Below, one piece after another: positions 54,798 through 62,662 of a DNA stretch of 64,000 nt (positions within the stretch are counted from its first letter, which is position 1; each line of letters starts with the position of its first letter). The notes beneath the pieces were generated by a model. It ran no database searches. It saw only the letters and a program-made list of their open reading frames with translations, and had not been told where the DNA came from. A program made the translations under genes and the position numbers. The stretch is from Nitrospirota bacterium (lineage in GTDB: Bacteria > Nitrospirota > UBA9217), in assembly GCA_963751455.1 (NCBI GenBank), contig CAVVUN010000012.1:416001-480000 (forward strand), read 5' to 3'.

Positions 54798-55193
54798 CTA
54801 CTTTTTGTCCCACAGAATCCTGACCTTGTACTTGGGAAAAAACGGATCGGATGTCATGATGGGCAGGTTTTCTACCTGGGCTTGCGCTATTAGCATCCTG
54901 TCGAAGGGGTCTCGATGATGAGGCGGCAGATGAAACACCTGAAAAGCATGGCTGGCCTCGATGGGAAGACTCTGAATGGCATTCTCGGTCATTTGTTCGG
55001 CGATATATACGTCGGGTCGCGCCGGAATCGTTAGCTTTCCGAGCTTGGCCTTGATTGCAATCTCCCAGCAGCTTGCAGCGCTCAAAAAAAACTCGTTTTC
55101 GCCGTCCGATATAAGATCGCGAACATGCGACGGAAGCTGCGGCGCGTCGGTGATCCACCACAGGAATACGTGCGTATCGATGAGCGCCTTCAT
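54798..55193 (-). CDS. vapC: PIN-domain toxin (VapC family)
   Basis: LIDTHVFLWW, SAASCWEIAIK, HRDPFDRMLIAQA. Confidence 0.93.
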   Translation of the reverse strand: MKALIDTHVFLWWITDAPQLPSHVRDLISDGENEFFLSAASCWEIAIKAKLGKLTIPARPDVYIAEQMTENAIQSLPIEASHAFQVFHLPPHHRDPFDRMLIAQAQVENLPIMTSDPFFPKYKVRILWDKK

Positions 55194-55423
55194 TTCTCGA
55201 ACTCTTCCACTATGGATGCCGGCAACGGCTTCTCAAACCCCTTCTTCAGGACTATCCGGCCCTTGGCGCTCCCCGGCGTCCTTTTTGCAACCTTTCTCAC
55301 GAGAGGCGACAGCCTGGCCACAGGCTTTCCCGCCTTGGCTATAACGATCTCCTCGCCGCTCTCGACGCGGGTCAAAAGTTTTGAAAAGTGTGTTTTCGCA
55401 TCATGAATATTTACTGTTGCCAT
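55190..55423 (-). CDS. Phd/YefM family antitoxin
   Basis: VNIHDAKTHFSKLL..GEEIVIAKAGKPVARL; ATGA overlap with the toxin. Confidence 0.93.
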   Translation of the reverse strand: MATVNIHDAKTHFSKLLTRVESGEEIVIAKAGKPVARLSPLVRKVAKRTPGSAKGRIVLKKGFEKPLPASIVEEFEK

Positions 55424-55447
55424 GCCGATCCACCTCCATTATTGTCA

Positions 55448-55476
55448 ATAATAGACTAAGAGGTGGACTAAGTCAA
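55448..55476 (-). promoter_or_regulatory. TA operon promoter with TTAGTC operator repeats
   Basis: TTGACT-17 nt-TATTAT on -, with two TTAGTC repeats overlapping the -35 and spacer. Confidence 0.7.
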
Positions 55477-55978
55477 GGTTTTTTGAATCCGGCCTGTCAC
55501 CTGTCGTAATATAACAACAAGACACTAATGCTCACGTGCTGCACTCGGCATCCGACAGCTTCCAAGGGGAGGGTATTGAATGAGGACAGATATGGTGGTC
55601 TAAAATTATCGAGATGAATCTTTATCAGACTTTATCAGAGCCTTAACAATTGGGCTTCGACCCAGTCCAGCCTCTCGACCCCGTAAGAGAGAGTAGCGAC
55701 TCATATATTTATTATCCTGACGTTATGCACCAAATGCATGAACGTCCCCTATCTACCTCTTCCCACAATCCGAAAACCATCTATCTCAGAGCCTTGCTTT
55801 CTCAAAATAGTTTCGAGTTTTTTTTGATTTGAAAGTTGAGGTAAAAACGCCGTTGATGCTTTCTAGCAGTTCTCGCCAGACGATGCCGCGAACAAGAAAG
55901 CGGCGTGCCTCAAATAGCAAACGTACTTTTACGTCGTCAGGCTCTCTTTTTCAAGAACGCTCTCTTTGTCAAGAAATA

Positions 55979-57040
55979 TTACCGTTTGCCACCTTCAGAG
56001 CATTTGTTATTAGCCATGTGAGCCATCAGATGCGCCGGTTCCGAAGCTTCTGGATCGGGTTCACGCTCAGAAGCAAACCACATAGATTTTGCAATCAACG
56101 CCATCGGGCCTCGCTTGTTTTCAATGTATCTATATTTGAATTCCAAGCTGTCCCTGTTGTAAGCAACAGAATCCGGACTTGTGAAATCCGTGTGTTCCCA
56201 AATAAAAATCAGATCCTTTTCATCAACTGGAGAATTTTTCTTTTTTTCTTTTAAAACTTTCTGCGGGCAAACGCATAACCACATATAACCAGAATAGACC
56301 TGCTTAGTGTCCTTAAGCTTCGGGAAAAAACCTTGCCTCCCTTTACCTTCATCATCCTTCACGAGTATGCAGTAGTCACCTACTTCAGCATTTTTCATGA
56401 ACGGATTACTATTCTTGAGTTCTTTGTAAATGTTCGGGTGCATGCGCTTAAGTGTTTTTTTATGATACAAATGGCCTTCGACTTGAGCTTCCACTGCCAT
56501 CAATTTATTATTTACGTTTCTTTCAATCAGATGCGGGCAGTCTTCATATATGTTGTTGAGTTTGCTGATTGGCATTACGATGGGTAATGAATCTGCTTCG
56601 TCCCCACGCCCTATCTGTCCAATAAAGTGTGTACCTACAATTTTCTTCAGGTCACGTGAATACAACACATTATTATCATAAGATGGCCCCCACTGGACAA
56701 AACCATGGTTAAGCCATCGCTCAAGAGTTGCATTAGGCGCCGAGTATTTTGGCGGATTGTTTCGACGTTCCCACCAGCCCTTATTTAAGAGTGAAGCTGG
56801 CAAGAACGTACCCTTAAAATTTACCTTGAGTGGTTCCTTGAGTATGACTCGTCCCGAGTCTAACCGGTTTTTTAAAGTCTTCACGTCATGCAGGCGCACA
56901 AGTTCGCCTTTTATCGACCCCTGGAATAGCTTATTATTTGTCCATGCATATACGTATTTTAGGCGAGGGTAAAGATGTACAGCGAGTGTGCTTGCGGCAG
57001 CACCTATTTGCAGACAAGTTTTAACTTGTTCTGAATTCAT
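55979..57040 (-). CDS. Hypothetical protein (353 aa)
   Basis: Long AT-rich ORF with AGGAGG RBS; no motif recognised. Confidence 0.7.
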   Translation of the reverse strand: MNSEQVKTCLQIGAAASTLAVHLYPRLKYVYAWTNNKLFQGSIKGELVRLHDVKTLKNRLDSGRVILKEPLKVNFKGTFLPASLLNKGWWERRNNPPKYSAPNATLERWLNHGFVQWGPSYDNNVLYSRDLKKIVGTHFIGQIGRGDEADSLPIVMPISKLNNIYEDCPHLIERNVNNKLMAVEAQVEGHLYHKKTLKRMHPNIYKELKNSNPFMKNAEVGDYCILVKDDEGKGRQGFFPKLKDTKQVYSGYMWLCVCPQKVLKEKKKNSPVDEKDLIFIWEHTDFTSPDSVAYNRDSLEFKYRYIENKRGPMALIAKSMWFASEREPDPEASEPAHLMAHMANNKCSEGGKR

Positions 57041-57216
57041 AACAACACCTCCTCGACGATATCATGTCAACAGCCCCGCCTGCAAGACGAGAAAATGATA
57101 CCCACATCCCATTGTGTTGCCACCCGAATGCATCATCATCTTCCCACGCCATCCGCAGCCTCCAATGTCTTGGGCAGAGTGAAGAACAGCGCGCAGAAAC
57201 TGCGCCCGCTCCAATG

Positions 57217-57375
57217 TTAGACCCGCACTTTACCCGATCCTCCACAGTTGCAACAAGGAGCTTCATAGGCATTCTAACCAGGACCAAAACCAGCTTTTAC
57301 AAGACAACACGAATATTTTGCAGTGCCTTCACCTTTGCAATGAGCGCATGTTACAATAACACCTTCGCTTGACAT
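57217..57375 (-). pseudogene. Mini DnaJ-type zinc-finger protein (52 codons) with an in-frame TAG
   Basis: Manual translation MSSEGVIVTCAHCKGEGTAKYSCCLVKAGFGPG*NAYEAPCCNCGGSGKVRV; AGGAG RBS; two CxxCxGxG motifs. Confidence 0.7.
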
Positions 57376-57533
57376 AATGCCGTTTCTCCTTTCAGGTAGT
57401 GCTTTAATAATCCGTTCGGTAGCGAGCTTATCTCGCTATTGTTTGTACCGAATTTCTCTATACACCAGTCATAAACCCGTCGTGTACAAAAAACCTCAAA
57501 TAATCTAATAATCAAATCTCCAATTTACTGTCC

Positions 57534-57657
57534 TCAACGGACACAACGCACATAGTTGGTATCCGTCTTATAGTAGTAGGGCATGGAGCCGTAGCCGAAG
57601 TACACGCCCCACGCGGTGTTCGTACCGTAACCGCTGGTAGTAGACGACCAATAGCTT
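57534..57657 (-). other. Putative DGR variable region (VR)
   Basis: Variable positions use NNC/NNT codons between invariant TAT TGG TCG TCT ACT ACC, GCG TGG, TTC, AAG ACG and TAT GTG CGT TGT GTC CGT. Confidence 0.6.
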
Positions 57658-60600
57658 ATCTCGGATTTGACATTTGTAAAGATGGGATCAATAGTTGGTT
57701 GATAATTTGTATCGATAATGGTTTTTAATTCTTCTATCGCTGGTAACCGCCAGCCTGACCCGGCGAGGTTCAACCCCCCGCAATATAATTTGGCATCATC
57801 CCAATTGTACATTGTACCATTATCCCGTTTCTGCCAGACAAGGCCTGTAGCTATGGCTTTGACAGTTCCGTCACCATTGTCGGTATACGCAATTGGCGTT
57901 GCGTTAACCTGGAGTGATTCAAAGCTCTCGATCCCATTGGCAACGGCTGTAACCACGTAATAGTATGTTATACTATGCGAACGCCCAGTATGAACGTATG
58001 GACTCGTCACATTCGATATTTTCGTCGATGCTTTCGATACAGTGCTCGATGTTGACCAATAGATATTATACGATGCCGCGCCGGTTACTGAACTCCAACT
58101 GAGAGTTACCTGACTTGTTCCTGCTGAAGCGGTTAGCCCTGTTGGGGATGCAATCGGAGTAGAACTGGACTGCGCCGATTCTGTGCTTTCACCATTCGAA
58201 TTGACCGCTGTAACGACATAATAATACGCCGCACCGTTCGTCAGGCTTGAATGCAAGTACGTGTTCACAGTGGATGACAGCTTACCTGTATAAGATGTTT
58301 TGGAAACGCCCGTAATGGATGACCAGTAGATATTATAAGACGTGGCACCGCTAACCGCAGTCCAGTTTAGTGTGATTTGGGAATTTCCTGATGTCAGAGT
58401 CAGACCGGTCGGCGCAGATATTGGTGTTGCGTTTACCACTGTGGATTCCGCACTCTCTATACCGTTGGCAATGGACGTAACTACATAATAATAGGTCGTA
58501 CCATTCGTACGGCCAGTATAAATATACGGACTCGTCACATTCGATATTGTCGTCGATGCTTTCGATACAGTGCTCGATGTTGACCAATAGATATTATACG
58601 ATGCCGCGCCGGTTACTGAACTCCAACTGAGAGTTACCTGACTTGTTCCTGCTGAAGCGGTTAGCCCTGTTGGGGATGCAATCGGAGTAGAACTGGACTG
58701 CGCCGATTCTGTGCTTTCACCATTCGAATTGACCGCTGTAACGACATAATAATACGCCGCACCGTTCGTCAGGCTTGAATGCAAGTACGTGTTCACAGTG
58801 GATGACAGCTTACCTGTATAAGATGTTTTGGAAACGCCCGTAATGGATGACCAGTAGATATTATAAGACGTGGCACCGCTAACCGCAGTCCAGTTTAGTG
58901 TGATTTGGGAATTTCCTGATGTCAGAGTCAGACCGGTCGGCGCAGATATTGGTGTTGCGTTTACCACTGTGGACTCCGCACTCTCTATACCGTTGGCAAT
59001 GGACGTAACTACATAATAATAGGTCGTACCATTCGTACGGCCAGTATGAATATACGGACTCGTCACATTCGATATTTTCGTCGATGCTTTCGATACATTG
59101 CTCGAAGTCGACCAATAGAGATTATACGATGTGGTGCCAGTCACCGCGCTCCAACTCAAAGTTATTTGACCCGTTTCAGCGGTCGCAGTTACTCCTGTCG
59201 GGGCGGCGAGCGCGGAAACCACGAATGTCACGTCGTCATAACTGCTGTCGGTCCCATCACTTACCGTGAGGCGAAATGTATATGTGCCTGCTTTATCCGG
59301 CGAAAAGATCGCATTCATCTTAGTGCCCTCTGTAATAGTAGTTGTACTTCCCGATGGACGGTTTTGTACGGTCCAGCTATAGGTCAGGGTATCGCCATCG
59401 ACATCCGTGCTTCCACTTCCGTCCAGATTCACAAGCGTTCCCGCATTAACATTTTGATCAGGACCGGCATCCGCCACGGGTGCGGAATTTGTTACGGTGA
59501 TAGTAACGTCTGCGGGGAGGCTGTCAATTTTTCCGTCATTGACAATCAATCTTATTGTGTAAACGCCCTTTTTGTCAGGAACAAATGTCGCGCTCACAGA
59601 GGACGGGTTTGAAAGGGTTGCTTCACTTCCTGCAGGTGCGTTTGTGACAGACCACGAATATGATAATGAATCCCCGTCGGAATCAGTGCTCAAGCTGCCG
59701 GATAGCGAAATCGTCGTGCCCACTTTAGTCGTTTGGTCATTACCCGCGTTGGCTGTGGGCGGTGTATTTGCCACGCTGTCAGCTTCGTTATCCATTATCC
59801 ACTTTATCATGTTAGCGAGAGCGAAAGAGCCATTTTTATTGTCTAGCTTGAAATACGCGTATTGTCCTTTGTATGGCTCAAGATCAAAATAGCGATATAT
59901 ATCTGTTGCCAATGCTGAGCCTCTGTCAAAACTGCCAAGCGTGGCCCACGTCTGCTGATCTTGAGAAATCATAAGGGTCGGACCGGGGTTAGAGCCGCTC
60001 GCAATTTTCCATTCCCCGTTCATCTCGACAGGAAATCTCGATGACGGCACATAAAAAGGTCCTGTCACATTTGTGCTTAACGTTAATGATGAAAACAATG
60101 TCACCTTCTTTGTCTGATCAGTATTATTCCACAATGCAATTTTCGTTGTCGAATTTTTTTGAGTCTCTACATTTTCGACATTCACCGGCAAGACATAATA
60201 CTCGTAATATGTATTGTACTCGTCAGTTAAAACATGATCAAACGTGGGGGTCGTTAGGAGACTTGAATTCAGTTTCTTCCAGGATGAATAGGTCCGGGGG
60301 GCCAAACCATTTGATACATTGCCTTCAAGCTGCCAGAAATAGGACTGTCGGCCGTAAACATTGTAGCCTTTGGTGACATATTGAGCCGTTGAAGTCCATG
60401 CCAGCGTATTTTTCTTATACGTATGCGTAACAGCAGCCCCTGTTATCTGAGGAAGAAGCTTTATATTTCCTGTTACAGGAAGCGCAATCACGTTCCACCA
60501 TGCCTTGGTGTTGGTCCTTGCCCCCGAATCGGCGGCAGTCAACATCTGTGGGCCGTATTCCGTAACTGATTCATTGGCTGATCCCTCATTCAAAGTGACT

Positions 60601-62156
60601 GTGACCGTAGCATTAATTGGAACATCCGCACTTTTGTAATAGTTGACCTCGATAAGGTAGTTGCCCGCAACCGGATAATCAATGGTGAAATTCTCAGGGC
60701 CCTCTCCGTCGCGATCGTCGAAATCAAGTTGCCCTCCGATTTGGGTGCGAAAACCATCGCGAGCCGCGTTAGCATGGTCCCAGTAGCACTCTTCACCTTT
60801 GGGATCGGTTACATGAAGATCAACATCCGTGCCTGCTCCACCTGTCCAGGTGAGCGTTACGCGCATGCGCCCAACTGTGCCGTTTAAAGTAACAATCCGC
60901 CGTGCAGACTCAACCACTGCGCCCGAATTCCCGCTTACAGCCACAAAAATTTCGTTTTGCCCCAGGGTAAGCGGCATCTTTTTCTTGTATGTGCCGTCTC
61001 CATTTAAGCGGACTGTAAGTGAATCACCGGTATTTGCGTTCATGACCCATGCGCGGTCATTAACGATTCCGCTGCCTCCCGTTACCGAAAACTGCACCTC
61101 AAAAGCCGTATCAGCCACAGTAATATTGGAGGAAGGGTTTAATAAAGTAACGCTTACTTGGTCAGACACTTGTCCAGATTGCCCCGCTGCTGATACCGCA
61201 TCCGAGTATGAGTTAGCAGCGACAGCGGCAGTCGCGAGATAAGCGGCTCCCGCCAAAAGAAGCAGAGGCGCTCCAATAGCTGCTGTACCTGTAGCAGCCA
61301 GAGCCACACCAACAGCACCAACGACTAAGCCGCCCCCACCAGCAATAAGATCGACAATTGCAAGCCGTGCCAACTGGGAGGAGGGGTGACTATTAGTGAG
61401 CGTTGCCGCTTCCGCAATCCTTGGTGAAACGAATCCAATAATTTTGTGCAACCAATCTCTGTTGTAATCAATTTTGGGCGCGTATCTGCCCTTATTGTTC
61501 TGCATTTGATAGATATATTCATTGGAATTGCTGAGATCGACATCTACTATTTCAGCCATAATAATGGATAGCGCCATTGTCTGGATAAAATTGATTTGAG
61601 ACGAACTGGTGAGCGTCCTTGGAGTCGAGGGAAAACTATGACTATTTGGGTCCATGCTGAGGAGATAGAGCAATGAAGTATCTTTTGAAAAACCTTGCGC
61701 ATATGCGTCATTAATAGCTTTGTTCAGACCGCTAATGATTGTGAGCTGGGGAACTGTGTATGTCGTTCCATTAATGTCGTAAGCGACAAAAGTCAACTTG
61801 CCGAGAATATCATTTATGGATATTGTCTTATTCCCTGCAGCCGAAGCGGCCTTTATTCCATAACTCGTTAATGATGCACGGAACATAGCAGTCTGGTTCG
61901 CTTGTTTACCGGAAGCATCGAGATAACCGAATCCGCATTCGGCGATCAAGCTCTTGATCGAGGATTCACTATGCGTTGCGTTATAGTCTTTCACGGCGGT
62001 TTCAAAGCTCGACAGGTTTCCTGATGTATTGCTGCCGCTTCCGGCACTCCCGCTGTCTCCACCTCCGCCGCAATTACTGAGCGACAGCGTCGATGTCATG
62101 ACAAAAAAATAAAGAATGCTCGATACAAACCACGGCCTTTTTTGTAAACTCCGCAT
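57534..62156 (-). CDS. Large surface lipoprotein: YfaP/DUF2135-like domain, PKD/REJ repeats, Fn3 repeats, C-terminal DUF1566 (C-type lectin fold)
   Basis: ATG 62156; lipobox LSNC; VTLTW..DVDLHV.DP..LDFDD..GPENF; PTANAGNDQ/PVADAGPDQ; five Fn3 units; DNGDGTV..TGLVWQ..WRLP..EL..YWSST..AWGVYF..VRCVR. Confidence 0.88.
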   Translation of the reverse strand: MRSLQKRPWFVSSILYFFVMTSTLSLSNCGGGGDSGSAGSGSNTSGNLSSFETAVKDYNATHSESSIKSLIAECGFGYLDASGKQANQTAMFRASLTSYGIKAASAAGNKTISINDILGKLTFVAYDINGTTYTVPQLTIISGLNKAINDAYAQGFSKDTSLLYLLSMDPNSHSFPSTPRTLTSSSQINFIQTMALSIIMAEIVDVDLSNSNEYIYQMQNNKGRYAPKIDYNRDWLHKIIGFVSPRIAEAATLTNSHPSSQLARLAIVDLIAGGGGLVVGAVGVALAATGTAAIGAPLLLLAGAAYLATAAVAANSYSDAVSAAGQSGQVSDQVSVTLLNPSSNITVADTAFEVQFSVTGGSGIVNDRAWVMNANTGDSLTVRLNGDGTYKKKMPLTLGQNEIFVAVSGNSGAVVESARRIVTLNGTVGRMRVTLTWTGGAGTDVDLHVTDPKGEECYWDHANAARDGFRTQIGGQLDFDDRDGEGPENFTIDYPVAGNYLIEVNYYKSADVPINATVTVTLNEGSANESVTEYGPQMLTAADSGARTNTKAWWNVIALPVTGNIKLLPQITGAAVTHTYKKNTLAWTSTAQYVTKGYNVYGRQSYFWQLEGNVSNGLAPRTYSSWKKLNSSLLTTPTFDHVLTDEYNTYYEYYVLPVNVENVETQKNSTTKIALWNNTDQTKKVTLFSSLTLSTNVTGPFYVPSSRFPVEMNGEWKIASGSNPGPTLMISQDQQTWATLGSFDRGSALATDIYRYFDLEPYKGQYAYFKLDNKNGSFALANMIKWIMDNEADSVANTPPTANAGNDQTTKVGTTISLSGSLSTDSDGDSLSYSWSVTNAPAGSEATLSNPSSVSATFVPDKKGVYTIRLIVNDGKIDSLPADVTITVTNSAPVADAGPDQNVNAGTLVNLDGSGSTDVDGDTLTYSWTVQNRPSGSTTTITEGTKMNAIFSPDKAGTYTFRLTVSDGTDSSYDDVTFVVSALAAPTGVTATAETGQITLSWSAVTGTTSYNLYWSTSSNVSKASTKISNVTSPYIHTGRTNGTTYYYVVTSIANGIESAESTVVNATPISAPTGLTLTSGNSQITLNWTAVSGATSYNIYWSSITGVSKTSYTGKLSSTVNTYLHSSLTNGAAYYYVVTAVNSNGESTESAQSSSTPIASPTGLTASAGTSQVTLSWSSVTGAASYNIYWSTSSTVSKASTTISNVTSPYIYTGRTNGTTYYYVVTSIANGIESAESTVVNATPISAPTGLTLTSGNSQITLNWTAVSGATSYNIYWSSITGVSKTSYTGKLSSTVNTYLHSSLTNGAAYYYVVTAVNSNGESTESAQSSSTPIASPTGLTASAGTSQVTLSWSSVTGAASYNIYWSTSSTVSKASTKISNVTSPYVHTGRSHSITYYYVVTAVANGIESFESLQVNATPIAYTDNGDGTVKAIATGLVWQKRDNGTMYNWDDAKLYCGGLNLAGSGWRLPAIEELKTIIDTNYQPTIDPIFTNVKSEISYWSSTTSGYGTNTAWGVYFGYGSMPYYYKTDTNYVRCVR
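57990..59130. repeat. Near-identical 528-bp tandem repeat (two Fn3 domains per unit, ~2.2 copies)
   Basis: Shadow ORFs 58351..58587 and 58879..59115 are offset by 528 and nearly identical; the DNA reads the same across long stretches. Confidence 0.9.
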
Positions 62157-62184
62157 AGATCCCTCCCGGTATAAAAAAGCAAAC

Positions 62185-62219
62185 AAAAAACCCATGCATC
62201 CGCAAATGGATACATGGGT
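62185..62219 (-). terminator. Intrinsic terminator in the leader, just upstream of the lipoprotein start
   Basis: ACCCATGTATCC-6nt-GGATGCATGGGT followed by a T run on -, ending ~29 nt before the ATG. Confidence 0.65.
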
Positions 62220-62243
62220 CTAGTTCATTTCAATAAAAAATCT

Positions 62244-62275
62244 CTGGGTTCCCGATAGGAGCACTCGGGAATGAC
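62244..62275. repeat. REP-like palindrome (TTCCCG..CGGGAATGAC)
   Basis: CTGGGTTCCCGATAGGAGCACTCGGGAATGAC; degenerate second copy at ~62290-62310. Confidence 0.55.
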
Positions 62276-62324
62276 TGCGTGAAGAAAACGATTCCCCGCA
62301 GAAATGACAGATAGGATTAAATTT

Positions 62325-62353
62325 TGACTGACTGACTGACTAACTGACTGACT
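62325..62353. repeat. Tetranucleotide microsatellite (TGAC)7, one unit imperfect
   Basis: TGACTGACTGACTGACTAACTGACTGACT. Confidence 0.85.
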
Positions 62354-62662
62354 TTGCAGGAAGGGCGCCATTAGACTATACCCCCTTTTCGTTGCTCACA
62401 TCAGCCTTAGAATAATACAAATGGCTTAGAATGCGATGATTTTACCAATCAGTTCTTGGAATTGCAACTAAAAAAATCGGTCGGATCGGGTATTTTTAGG
62501 GTGTGGATAAGTCTTGAAAGCAGATCGCATGGCTGGCATTCTGGTTCAGGGTTCCGGAGGGACAGAAAGAAGCGCCGAGCGTGAAGTTCGATTAATACTG
62601 CGAAATGACAAGGTCAGATCGAATCAATCCCCGTTTGTTACTGTACAAACGGGGATTTTTTA

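Larger units (their letters stand above)
52990..62595. mobile_element. Accessory island flanked by a direct repeat of the lemA 3' end
   Basis: 52990-53031 and 62550-62591 match at 41 of 42 nt; cargo includes TA genes, GNATs and AT-richer genes; no recombinase seen inside. Confidence 0.7.

Noticed and set aside
55441-57533. DGR template repeat near the target gene
   Set aside because: No AAC-rich copy of the VR was found by eye here or elsewhere in the window.
57525-57536. Selenocysteine readthrough at CGT TGA GGA CAG TAA
   Set aside because: The position corresponds to a Gly in this family's terminus and no SECIS-like hairpin follows; a GGA-to-TGA change is simpler.
62355-62400. tRNA fragment or c-di-GMP riboswitch (GGGGGTATAGTCTAATGG on -)
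   Set aside because: No cloverleaf continuation and no GEMM consensus elements.
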